In this document: piece by piece, positions 18,619 through 27,258 of the stretch | Layout: the number at the start of each line of letters is the position of its first letter | Numbering within the stretch: position 1 is the stretch's first letter | Assembly: GCA_963667675.1 (NCBI GenBank) | Contig: OY763929.1 | Location: 622,358 to 686,357, forward strand | Direction: 5' to 3' | Origin: Dehalococcoidia bacterium | GTDB lineage: Bacteria; Chloroflexota; Dehalococcoidia; Lucifugimonadales; UBA3495 | DNA length: 64,000 bases | Program-made: the position numbers and the translations under genes | The notes under the pieces: generated by a model | Seen by the model: the letters and a program-made list of their open reading frames with translations, nothing else | Databases searched by the model: none | What the model was told of the DNA's origin: nothing

Positions 18619-19737
18619 TTACTGGCCTTCCCCTTCGTCAGCCGTGGCCTCGCCCTCCGACGCTTCTTCCATCCCTTCAGAATCGTCGGTCGTAGCCCCG
18701 TCATCCGGCGCTTCCCCAGTCCCTTCAGACTCTCCGGTCGTCCCTTGATCATCTGGAGGCGCCGCCGCCCCATCCCCTTGCCCGGAAAGCTCACCCCCGG
18801 ACGTGTCCAGGAACTGGAAGAGAGGAGAATCCGCCGAGAGGATAACGGTAGTTCCTGGGTCGAAGATACTCTGGTAGGCCTCCAGGCTGCGCCTGAAGGA
18901 GAAGAATTCAGGGTCTTGTTCCAAGGCCTCCGCCAATATGGCAATTGCGCTGGCTTCCCCTTCGCCCCTCAACTGGTTGCTCCGTTTGTCGGCATCCGCC
19001 CGGATCACTTCCGCCTGTCGATTGGCATCGGCCCTGATGTTGCGCGATTGCTCTTCTCCTTCAGCGCGGAGGCGCCGAGCTATCTTTTCCCTTTCCGACG
19101 TCATACGAGCGAACACCCGGTCTGAAACTTCAACCGGGAAGTCGGCCCGCTTGATGCGCACGTCAACCACCTGCACGCCGTAGGGCTCCGGCTCGTCTGC
19201 CAAATCTTGTATGACAGCCTCCAGCACCCTGTCTAGCATCTCACTACGGGACTCCGAGGCTACAACAACACTGTTGCCATCCTCGTCCGTAACGGCGAAT
19301 CCTTCGTCATCTACTTGCACATCGGCGCCAATGATCTCGGACCGCCTCAGTTGCGCCACTTCCGCCCTCAGCGCATCGTTCACTATCTGTCCCAATACTT
19401 CGCGGGCGCTGTTCTCCGAATTCAAAGTCTTACGGAACTGGATAGCATCGGTGATGCGGTAACGGGCATAGACGTCGATATCTAGTAGCAGCAAGTTCCT
19501 ATCTGGCATCGCCTGGGGAGGGGCGTCGACTCTCAACAGCCGTTTCTCATAGGTGGTTACCTGGTCGATGTTGAAAGGCGCCTTGAAATACAGGCCAGGC
19601 ACAGTCTTGACATCCCCTTGGACTTCACCGAATCGGGTTACGATGGCCTGCTCAGTCTCATCGACGGTGTAAACCGAGCAACTGAACATGATGATGCCGA
19701 AAATCACGAAGCCGCCTATGAGCAGCAAGTTTCGCAT
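18619..19737 (-). CDS. hflC: Protease modulator HflC (SPFH/band-7) with an acidic C-terminal tail
   Basis: It has an N-terminal TM helix and an SPFH domain, and it is the second gene of an hflK-hflC pair near ftsH. Confidence 0.85.
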   Translation of the reverse strand: MRNLLLIGGFVIFGIIMFSCSVYTVDETEQAIVTRFGEVQGDVKTVPGLYFKAPFNIDQVTTYEKRLLRVDAPPQAMPDRNLLLLDIDVYARYRITDAIQFRKTLNSENSAREVLGQIVNDALRAEVAQLRRSEIIGADVQVDDEGFAVTDEDGNSVVVASESRSEMLDRVLEAVIQDLADEPEPYGVQVVDVRIKRADFPVEVSDRVFARMTSEREKIARRLRAEGEEQSRNIRADANRQAEVIRADADKRSNQLRGEGEASAIAILAEALEQDPEFFSFRRSLEAYQSIFDPGTTVILSADSPLFQFLDTSGGELSGQGDGAAAPPDDQGTTGESEGTGEAPDDGATTDDSEGMEEASEGEATADEGEGQ

Positions 19738-19778
19738 AAATACCTCTTTACCTCACAGTGCTGGAGAAGCCGTTCACC

Positions 19779-20900
19779 CTAGGGGTTGGGACCTATGGGA
19801 ATGGGAGCTACGGCGCCATCCTGGCCTCCCAGGACCAATACCGACTCGGTATCTTCGGACACGATGATCTTGGTTATGCCAGGCAGGATAGCCTCCATCG
19901 CTTCCAGGTAGAGCCGCTGGCGGGTAACTTCCTCTGATTCCTTGAATTCCGTGAGGATGGCGGTAAATTGATCGGCCTCACCTTCCGCCCTGGCTATTCG
20001 GGCTTCCTTGAACGCCTCCGCCGCCTGAACAATCTGTGCCGCCTGACCCCGAGCTTCGGGGACTACTTGGTTTTCGAATGCCTGGGCCTGGTTAATCGCC
20101 GTCTGCTTATCCTGCCTGGCCCGCACCACGTCGGCAAATGCGTCTCGGACCTGCTCTGGGGCTTGCACTTCCTGAAGTTCGACGCCTGTGATGTTGATGC
20201 CAGTCTGGTAGTTGTCCAGAATCTCTTGCAGCCTAGCCCTGGTCGCTTGCGCTACTTCAGTACGCTCTTCTGCCAACACCGCCCCGATTGACCTCTGTCC
20301 CACAACCAACCTGAGCGCGGCTTCGGCTGCGTCCTTTAGAGTCCGGCCGTCGGGTCTCCCCATAGAGATGTTGCGCTCAGGACCAGCCGTCTCCCCCGGG
20401 TCGTCAACCCGGAAAAGATAGTCCACCAAGTTCTTTATGTTGTACTGGACCACCATCCGCACGTCCACGATGTTCAGGTCGCCGCTGATCATCAGGGCCT
20501 CGTCCAGCACCGGGGCGGTTGCTCCCTCCTCGGCCCTGAACCCAAGCTCCATGCGGCGCACTTCGTTCACCAGCAGCACCTGCCTCTTGCCGATGGGGCT
20601 GGGCCACCACCAGTGCAGCCCCGTGTTGGTCACCAGCCCGCCGTCTTCGTCGCAAGGGCCGACTACGCTGTCGCAGACGCTCCCAAACCTTTGGAGAGCG
20701 GCCTGCTCCCCAGGGCCGATGGTATAGATGCCGGTGGCCAGCCAGATGACCAAAATCAACCCGACCAGCAGGACGGCCACCAGGCCGATGCCGCCGCCGC
20801 CCAGCCGCCGGCTGATCCGGTCCCACCCTTCTCGGGCCCGGCCCATCACCTGCTCGAAGTCGAATTCGGGTTGCCGTCCTCCCTGTGGGTACATAGTCAA
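19779..20900 (-). CDS. hflK: Protease modulator HflK (SPFH/band-7)
   Basis: It has a TM helix, an SPFH domain and a coiled-coil region, and it lies upstream of hflC. Confidence 0.85.
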   Translation of the reverse strand: MTMYPQGGRQPEFDFEQVMGRAREGWDRISRRLGGGGIGLVAVLLVGLILVIWLATGIYTIGPGEQAALQRFGSVCDSVVGPCDEDGGLVTNTGLHWWWPSPIGKRQVLLVNEVRRMELGFRAEEGATAPVLDEALMISGDLNIVDVRMVVQYNIKNLVDYLFRVDDPGETAGPERNISMGRPDGRTLKDAAEAALRLVVGQRSIGAVLAEERTEVAQATRARLQEILDNYQTGINITGVELQEVQAPEQVRDAFADVVRARQDKQTAINQAQAFENQVVPEARGQAAQIVQAAEAFKEARIARAEGEADQFTAILTEFKESEEVTRQRLYLEAMEAILPGITKIIVSEDTESVLVLGGQDGAVAPIPIGPNP

Positions 20901-21141
20901 GCGTCCTTATTCGCGATTGGTCAGTTAGACCGGCAACGGTATTCGCCGGTTGGGTTAACGGATGTCGTCAACCCGGTAGATTCTACCATTAACACCGGAG
21001 ATGTACCATATCTGCGTCAATGACTGCTGCCTGTTCCCGGCAACCCGTATACAATCCGATTGGCTCAGGGATTTACTATCGGCCAGAAACCTGGCTAAAT
21101 ATTCCCTGGGAATACTGCCATATATTGGAGGATTAGTCCTG

Positions 21142-21429
21142 ATGGCTGACTACGGCATGAACGTAACAACCGGCAACGACATGACCCGGATACAAGTCTC
21201 GTGCGAACACCAAAGCGGCCTAATTTACATCGTGCCTGCTGAGAGAAGCTGGGTCTGCTCCAGTGAACGGTTGTCTGCTCACGCCATGGCCGGGTTTTTC
21301 AGGGAATTGGCCGCATTGCAGGAGCCAGCGGTGCGGCAGCTAATGCAGGACTGGGGGGTCTATTACCGGGCCCTTCCCATCGCAACGGCAGAGGGCGACG
21401 CTCCAGACCAGGATTCGTCAACCCAGTAA
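21142..21429 (+). CDS. Hypothetical protein (95 aa)
   Basis: GGAGG lies 9 nt upstream of ATG 21142. No family was recognised. The longer 21001 start in the track is less likely. Confidence 0.35.
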   Translation: MADYGMNVTTGNDMTRIQVSCEHQSGLIYIVPAERSWVCSSERLSAHAMAGFFRELAALQEPAVRQLMQDWGVYYRALPIATAEGDAPDQDSSTQ

Positions 21430-21534
21430 ACGGGCAGTCCAAGGCGAACTGACAGCCCAGCACAAAGGGGGGCCTACGGCCTGAAGCGAAGGCAGAACGC
21501 CCTGGATGAGATAGAGGACTAACCCGGATCGGGT

Positions 21535-23502
21535 CTAGCCGCCCGAAGGCGGCGATTGCCCCCTCTGGCTGGAGAAGGTGGGCGCCGGGTGGGGAATGGG
21601 CCCTGGCGCAGGGTCAGGCGCCGGAGCCGGTGAGTGAGGAGGAGGCTCAGGCGGGATCGCCGGGGTTGCCGGCTCGTCGCCCCAGTCCTCATCGCCTAGC
21701 AGCTTGTTCAGGCTGTCGCCGGTGATGCTCTCGTACTCAATCAAGTACTCGGCAAGCTGCACCAGCTTGGGTTTGTTTTCGACCAGTATCTCCTCGGACC
21801 GGCGGTACGCCGCCCCGAATATCTCCTTGACCTCGTCGTCTATTTCCTCGGCCACCTTGTCGCCGTAGTCCCGCTCTTCACTGATTTCCCGGCCCAGGAA
21901 GACCAATTCTTCCCGCTTGCCGAAAGTCCTCGGCCCCAGGCCCTCGCTCATGCCGTACCGCTTGATCATGCTCAATGCGATTTTCGTGGCCCGCTCCAGG
22001 TCGTTGCTCGCGCCCGTGGTTATCTCGTCGAAGATCAACTGCTCCGCCACCCGCCCGCTCATGGTTACCACCAGCATGTCCAGGAACTGGTTCTTGGTCC
22101 ACAGGTAACGGTCTTCGTCGGGCAAAAGCGAGGTATGGCCGCCCATGGCTCCCCGGGCCACGATGGAAATCTTGTGTACCCGGTCTGCGTGGGGGAGGAT
22201 CCAGGCCGCCAGAGCGTGCCCGGCCTCGTGATAGGCCGTCATCTCCTTTTCCCTGGCGCTGATTACCCGGCTCTTTCGTTCGGGGCCAGCGATAATCCGC
22301 TCGACGGCCTCTTCGAATTCGTCCATGAAGATGGCCTTCTTGTTGGCCCTGGCCGCCAGCAGGGCAGCCTCGTTAATCAGGTTGGAAAGGTCGGCCCCGC
22401 TGAATCCAGGAGTCTCCTTGGCCAGGGTGTCCAGCACCACCTCCGGCGCTAGCGGTTTGCCCGCGGAGTGGACCTTCAAAATCGCCGTGCGTCCCACCAC
22501 GTCGGGCAGGTCCAGCGTCACCCGCCGGTCAAACCGCCCCGGCCGCAGCAGCGCCGGGTCCAGGATGTCCGGCCTGTTAGTCGCAGCCACCACGATGATA
22601 TTGGTATTGGTCTCGAAACCGTCCATCTCCACCAGGATTTGGTTCAGCGTCTGTTCCCGTTCGTCGTGCCCTCCGCCCAGCCCTGCGCCTCGGTGCCGGC
22701 CCACGGCGTCGATTTCGTCCACGAACACTATGCAGGGAGCATTGCGCTTGGCCTGCTCGAACAGGTCCCGCACCCGCGCCGCGCCCACTCCCACGAACAT
22801 CTCCACGAACTCGCTGCCGCTGATGTGGAAGAAGGGCACTCCCGCCTCCCCGGCCACCGCCCGCGCCAGCAGGGTCTTACCGGTGCCTGGCTGTCCCACC
22901 AGCAGAATTCCCTTGGGGATTCGGGCGCCCAGTGACAGGAACCTCTCGGGGTACTTCAGGAACTCCACCACTTCCTGCAGTTCGTTCTTGGCCTCTTCGA
23001 CCCCCGCCACGTCGGCAAACGTAACTCCAGGCCGGTTGATGGGCATCATCCGCGCCCGGCTGCGCCCGAAGCTCAGGGTCTGGTTGTTGCTGCCCTGGGC
23101 CTGACGCATCATGAACAGGATCAGGCCGCCGAAGAATATCAGGGGCAGGAAGTTGAGCAGCAGCCCGAAGAAACTTCTCAGTCCGCTGGAGCCCTTGAAC
23201 GAGACCTCTATCCCGCCGGGAGTCCCCAGCTCAACTCCGCTGTTTTGCAGCAGGGTCACGACGTCGGTCTCGCCGCTGATTCTGCTGGTGTACTGCTCCC
23301 CGCTGTTGGGATAGACGGTAAGCTTATTGCCGTCGACCTGGATTTCCCGGATTTCGCCGCTCTTGGCCATCGCGATGACCGTGGACAACGACCTTTCGCT
23401 GCTTCCGCCAAAGCTGGGCAGCAGGGTATAGAAGATTACGATGACCCCGATGATCACCAGCAAATAGACGAACCCGTTCCGCAGCCAGCGGTTGCTGCCC
23501 AT
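21535..23502 (-). CDS. ftsH: ATP-dependent zinc metalloprotease FtsH
   Basis: It has Walker A GQPGTGKT, Walker B VFVDEIDA, the SRH motif, and the HEAGHAL zinc site. A Pro-rich C-terminal tail follows. Confidence 0.95.
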   Translation of the reverse strand: MGSNRWLRNGFVYLLVIIGVIVIFYTLLPSFGGSSERSLSTVIAMAKSGEIREIQVDGNKLTVYPNSGEQYTSRISGETDVVTLLQNSGVELGTPGGIEVSFKGSSGLRSFFGLLLNFLPLIFFGGLILFMMRQAQGSNNQTLSFGRSRARMMPINRPGVTFADVAGVEEAKNELQEVVEFLKYPERFLSLGARIPKGILLVGQPGTGKTLLARAVAGEAGVPFFHISGSEFVEMFVGVGAARVRDLFEQAKRNAPCIVFVDEIDAVGRHRGAGLGGGHDEREQTLNQILVEMDGFETNTNIIVVAATNRPDILDPALLRPGRFDRRVTLDLPDVVGRTAILKVHSAGKPLAPEVVLDTLAKETPGFSGADLSNLINEAALLAARANKKAIFMDEFEEAVERIIAGPERKSRVISAREKEMTAYHEAGHALAAWILPHADRVHKISIVARGAMGGHTSLLPDEDRYLWTKNQFLDMLVVTMSGRVAEQLIFDEITTGASNDLERATKIALSMIKRYGMSEGLGPRTFGKREELVFLGREISEERDYGDKVAEEIDDEVKEIFGAAYRRSEEILVENKPKLVQLAEYLIEYESITGDSLNKLLGDEDWGDEPATPAIPPEPPPHSPAPAPDPAPGPIPHPAPTFSSQRGQSPPSGG

Positions 23503-23620
23503 TAGTACCTCTGCCCAAGCTATAGCCGGGCTGTGTCTGAAGCTACGCTTTTATCTTACCGGAGCGCCTCGTAAATTGCAAAAAGGCGGATAGCGAAAAT
23601 ACGGGCAATTCGCTGCCCCC

Positions 23621-23715
23621 CGTTCGCCCTGAGTCAGTCGAAGGGCCTGCCCTGAGGCTCTCGAAGGGGCCCCGCCCCCAACGCGTCATTCCGAGCGAAG
23701 CCGAGGAATCTAGGG
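23621..23715. repeat. REP-like palindromic element cluster (type B plus type A)
   Basis: The type B copy is cgttcgccctgag…gtcgaaggg…ctcgaagggg at 23621-23669. The type A hairpin is gtcATTCCGAGcgaagcCGAGGAATctaggg at 23686-23715. Confidence 0.7.
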
Positions 23716-23805
23716 CGCGTGGCAACCTCAACGTGTGGCCTTGCCATAACCCCGCTGCCGTTGCGCCTACGCCCAAGCCACCCGCCGCGCTCGCCGCGCC
23801 GAGTC

Positions 23806-24654
23806 CTACTTCTCGATAGGCGCGCCGACGATGCTCCCCCACTCGGTCCACGACCCGTCGTAGTTGCGCACGTTTTCGTGCCCCAGCAGCTGGGTCAGCA
23901 CAAACCACGTATGGGAAGAACGCTCCCCGATGCGGCAGTATGCGATGGTCTCCCGGCTGCCGTCGATTCCTTTGCCGCCATACAGGGCCAGCAACTCATC
24001 GGCGGACTTGAACGTGCCGTCCTCGTTGGCCGCCTGACCCCAGGGAATATTGGCCGCGCCGGGGATATGTCCGCCTCGCTGCGACCCTTCCTGCGGCAAG
24101 GCCGGAGGCGCCAGCAACGCCCCGGAATACTCATCGGGAGAACGGACGTCCACCAGCGAAATGTTGCCAGCGTTCACCGACGCCAGCACCTGGTCCCGGT
24201 AGGCCCGCACCGACTGGTCGGGCTCGCCGGCGCTGTACGTTTGGGGAGTGTGATTGGCCGGCTCGGTGGTCAGCGCCCGTCCGTCCGCCTCCCACTTGGC
24301 CCGCCCTCCATTCATTATCTTCGCGTCTTTGTGCCCGTAGTACTTCAACTGCCAGAACGCCCAGCAGGCGAACCAGTTGTTGTTGTCGCCGTAAAGGACG
24401 ATGGTAGTGTCGTTGCCGATGCCGGAATTGCCCAGCAGTTGCTCCATCTCCTCCTTGCTGATTACGTCCCGCTGCACCGACTGCTGCAATTGACTCTGCC
24501 AGTTCCAGCCCACGGCTCCGGCTATATGTCCCGTGTCGTAGGCGGCAGTGTCCACGTCCACTTCCACCAACCGGACGTTGGAGTCGCCGCTGTGTGCCGC
24601 CACCCACTCCACGCTCACCAAGGACTCTGGGTGCGTATACTCTGCCATGACCAA
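23806..24654 (-). CDS. Thiosulfate/3-mercaptopyruvate sulfurtransferase (tandem rhodanese)
   Basis: It has two rhodanese domains and the active-site loop YCRIGERSS. Confidence 0.85.
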   Translation of the reverse strand: MVMAEYTHPESLVSVEWVAAHSGDSNVRLVEVDVDTAAYDTGHIAGAVGWNWQSQLQQSVQRDVISKEEMEQLLGNSGIGNDTTIVLYGDNNNWFACWAFWQLKYYGHKDAKIMNGGRAKWEADGRALTTEPANHTPQTYSAGEPDQSVRAYRDQVLASVNAGNISLVDVRSPDEYSGALLAPPALPQEGSQRGGHIPGAANIPWGQAANEDGTFKSADELLALYGGKGIDGSRETIAYCRIGERSSHTWFVLTQLLGHENVRNYDGSWTEWGSIVGAPIEK

Positions 24655-24800
24655 TCCCTCCGTTCAGTCTTTCGCTACAAGGCTTGATGGACCGGGTCGC
24701 AACGTTGATTCCCTCAGTCAGAATCTCGCCGACGCGCCCGGTCAACGAAGATCACTGCCGGCCAACCCGCCAGGCGATGGTTGTCAGAGTGGACAGAGGC

Positions 24801-26717
24801 CTAGGCCGTCGCCGGAATCTCCTGGGCCCCCTCGCCCAAGGTTGCCGCCGCCTTGTCAGGGAAAAAGGCCCGCAGCACCCGTTGGGCGATTCCGTCGGCG
24901 TCCAACTCCAACCGGTGGCGCTGGTCGGCCGCGGTGCCATGTTCTATGAATTCGTCCGGCATGCCTATACGGTGGACGGATACGTCGTCCATCCCCGCGT
25001 CGGACAGGGCTTCCAGCACCGCCGAGCCGAATCCGCCGGCCAGCACGTTTTCCTCCACGGTCACGATTCGGCGGGTCCTGCTGGCCGCATCCAGGAGCAG
25101 GTCAACGTCCAGCGGCTTTACGAACACCGGGTCTACGACGCCGCAGGAAACGCCGCATCTCTCCAGTTCTTCCGCCGCAGCCAGGGCGGCCGAGGTCGAC
25201 TTGCCCAAGGCGAAGATCACCGCGTCCTGGCCCTCCCTGATAACCGTTCCTTTGCCAAGTGGCAACTCCTTGAGTTCCCCGTCCAGCGCCGCGCCGACGG
25301 CGGCCCCTCGGGCAATACGGATAGCGAAGGGGCCTTGGTGCTTGTAGGCGGTGTAGACCAGGTGCTGCAGTTGGTTTTCGTCCCTCGGCGCCGCAACCAC
25401 CGCGTTGGGCAGGCACCTCAGGTAAGAGATGTCGAAAGCGCCGTGGTGTGTCTTGCCGTCCTCACCCACTATCCCCGCCCGGTCGGCTATCAGCCCCACC
25501 GGCAGGTTCTGTAGGCACACGTCGTGCACTATCTGGTCAAAGGCCCGTTGTAGAAACGTCGAGTATATCGACACGAACGGCTTCAGCCCGTGGGACGCCA
25601 TTCCGGCCGCCATGCTCACGGCGTTCTGCTCGGCTATGCCCACGTCGAAGACCCGGTCCGGGAATTCGCCCCGCACTTCGGCCAGGCCGGTACCCTCCAG
25701 CATCGCCGCGCTTATGCCTACCACGCCGTCGTCCTCCCGCATGATGCGGGATATGGTCTGCGCGAAGACCTTAGAGTACGTGGGAGCTCCCGAACTATCG
25801 CCCAGCGGCGAACTGGGCTGGTGGAACTTCACGGGATCGTCCTCCGCCGGTTCGTACCCGTGGCCTTTGTGGGTCACCACGTGTATCAGCGGTACCGAGC
25901 CCGTGGACTTCATGGCTTGCCGCAGCGTCTGTTCCAGTTGCTTGAAGTTATGGCCGTCCACCGGGCCCAAGTACTGAAAGCCCATCTCGGTCCAGAACAT
26001 CGTCGGAACAATCGCTCCGGCCAGCCCGGTGTTCAACCGCTTGACCAGCCGGTACATCAGTTCCCCTGTGGGCACCTTCTTGGAGATGCGTCTCACCCGC
26101 CCCACCATGGCCTGGTATTCAGGGTGGGTGATTAAGCGCTTTCGCCAGTTGGTTAGAAAGCCGATGTTCTCCGAGATGGACATCCCGTTGTCGTTCAGGA
26201 TGACTATCAACCCCTTAGGGTTCAGGTGCACGATGTTGTTCACCGCCTCGAAGCTGGACCCCGAGGTCATTGCCCCGTCCCCGACGACGGCGATGGTCCA
26301 GGAACCGTCCTCCCGCTTGGCTGCGCCTTCGGCTATGCCCAGGGCTATGGAGAGACCGGTTCCTGCGTGGCCCGCGCACAGGGTGTCGTGAGGGCTCTCG
26401 TTGGGCTCTCCGAACCCCGATAGGCCCCCTTCCAGGCGAATGGCTTGAAAGCCCTCCCTCCGCCCCGTCACCAGCTTGTGGGTATAGGTCTGGTTGGTCG
26501 TGTCCCAGACGATACTGTCCTTGGGGCTGTCGAAGACCCGGTGCAACGCCAGCGTAAGCTCGACCACCCCCAGGTTGGAAGCCAGGTGGCCGCCCCGCTC
26601 GGTTATGACCGAGATAATGGCCTGGCGGGCCTCCTTCGCAACTTGGGCTAACTGCCGGTAGTTGAGCCCTTTCAGGTCTTCGGGGCTGTCGATTCGGTCC
26701 AAGAGTTGGTCGGCCAT
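24801..26717 (-). CDS. dxs: 1-deoxy-D-xylulose-5-phosphate synthase
   Basis: The ORF begins MADQLLDRIDSPEDLKGL and has TPP-binding GHAGTGLS and GDGAMTSG motifs. AAGGAG precedes the ATG at 26717. Confidence 0.95.
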   Translation of the reverse strand: MADQLLDRIDSPEDLKGLNYRQLAQVAKEARQAIISVITERGGHLASNLGVVELTLALHRVFDSPKDSIVWDTTNQTYTHKLVTGRREGFQAIRLEGGLSGFGEPNESPHDTLCAGHAGTGLSIALGIAEGAAKREDGSWTIAVVGDGAMTSGSSFEAVNNIVHLNPKGLIVILNDNGMSISENIGFLTNWRKRLITHPEYQAMVGRVRRISKKVPTGELMYRLVKRLNTGLAGAIVPTMFWTEMGFQYLGPVDGHNFKQLEQTLRQAMKSTGSVPLIHVVTHKGHGYEPAEDDPVKFHQPSSPLGDSSGAPTYSKVFAQTISRIMREDDGVVGISAAMLEGTGLAEVRGEFPDRVFDVGIAEQNAVSMAAGMASHGLKPFVSIYSTFLQRAFDQIVHDVCLQNLPVGLIADRAGIVGEDGKTHHGAFDISYLRCLPNAVVAAPRDENQLQHLVYTAYKHQGPFAIRIARGAAVGAALDGELKELPLGKGTVIREGQDAVIFALGKSTSAALAAAEELERCGVSCGVVDPVFVKPLDVDLLLDAASRTRRIVTVEENVLAGGFGSAVLEALSDAGMDDVSVHRIGMPDEFIEHGTAADQRHRLELDADGIAQRVLRAFFPDKAAATLGEGAQEIPATA

Positions 26718-26856
26718 GTCGGAACTCCTTGGCAAGTGTCAACGGACGCAGAAACCCACTACAGCTTTGCGCCAGATAATTCTAGGCGCATGAGGCCCAC
26801 ATTACAAGTTGGCGTGACTACAGCACAGTTAACATTGTTGAGAAGCGCCCCCACTC

Positions 26857-27078
26857 GTCATTCCGGCCCCCGAGCCGGAATCCAGAAATACCGGCCCCAA
26901 TCCTGCCCATAGTAACCCCACCCCGCCCTGTCATTTCGAGCGAAGCCGAGAAATCTCAAACCCCGCCCTCCAACCTCGAAATTGCGCCCTCACTGATACT
27001 TGCCCCCTTCCGTTCACCCTGAGGTTCTCGAAGGGCCTGCCCTGGTCCCGTCGAAGGGGGAAATCGAAGGGTCCGCCG
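26857..27078. repeat. REP-like palindromic element cluster (two type A plus one type B)
   Basis: It holds gtcATTCCGGCccccgaGCCGGAATccag at 26857-26887 and gtcATTTCGAGcgaagcCGAGAAATctc at 26930-26960. A type B copy, cgttcaccctgag…tcgaaggg…tcgaaggggg…atcgaaggg, lies at 27011-27078. Confidence 0.7.
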
Positions 27079-27089
27079 CCATCCCGCCC

Positions 27090-27210
27090 AAAAAAGTAGA
27101 GGACAGGCCGTAGCCTGCCCCCTCATTTGTTGCCATAAGGCTTGTTAACGGAACCTCCCCGATCTCCCATCGGATATAATACCGTTTCAGCCTCTCGGCA
27201 AAGCCTCTAA
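27090..27210 (-). ncRNA. Predicted tracrRNA (divergent from cas9)
   Basis: The minus strand at 27180-27144 reads AUUAUAUCCGAUGGGAGAUCGGGGAGGUUCCGUUAAC. This is complementary to the minus-strand crRNA repeat GUUGCGGUUCCUCCCCGAUCUCCCAUCGGCUAUAAU, with a 17-nt perfect core plus a bulge and mismatches. It is followed by AAGCC… and a GC hairpin, GGGCAGGC-UACG-GCCUGUCC, then a U6 tract (the A-run at 27090-27095). The 5' end is not determined. A candidate TGGTATACT extended -10 lies on the minus strand at 27218-27226. Confidence 0.7.
27175..27180 (+). promoter_or_regulatory. Candidate -10 box (TATAAT) for cas9, derived from the repeat-like sequence
   Basis: The plus strand of the anti-repeat region is a degenerate copy of the CRISPR repeat. 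It ends in TATAAT about 70-80 nt upstream of the cas9 start. No clear -35 is present. Confidence 0.35.
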
Positions 27211-27258
27211 CTTGGTGAGTATACCACCGCTTAAATCTAACTGCAAACGGTGACGGCA

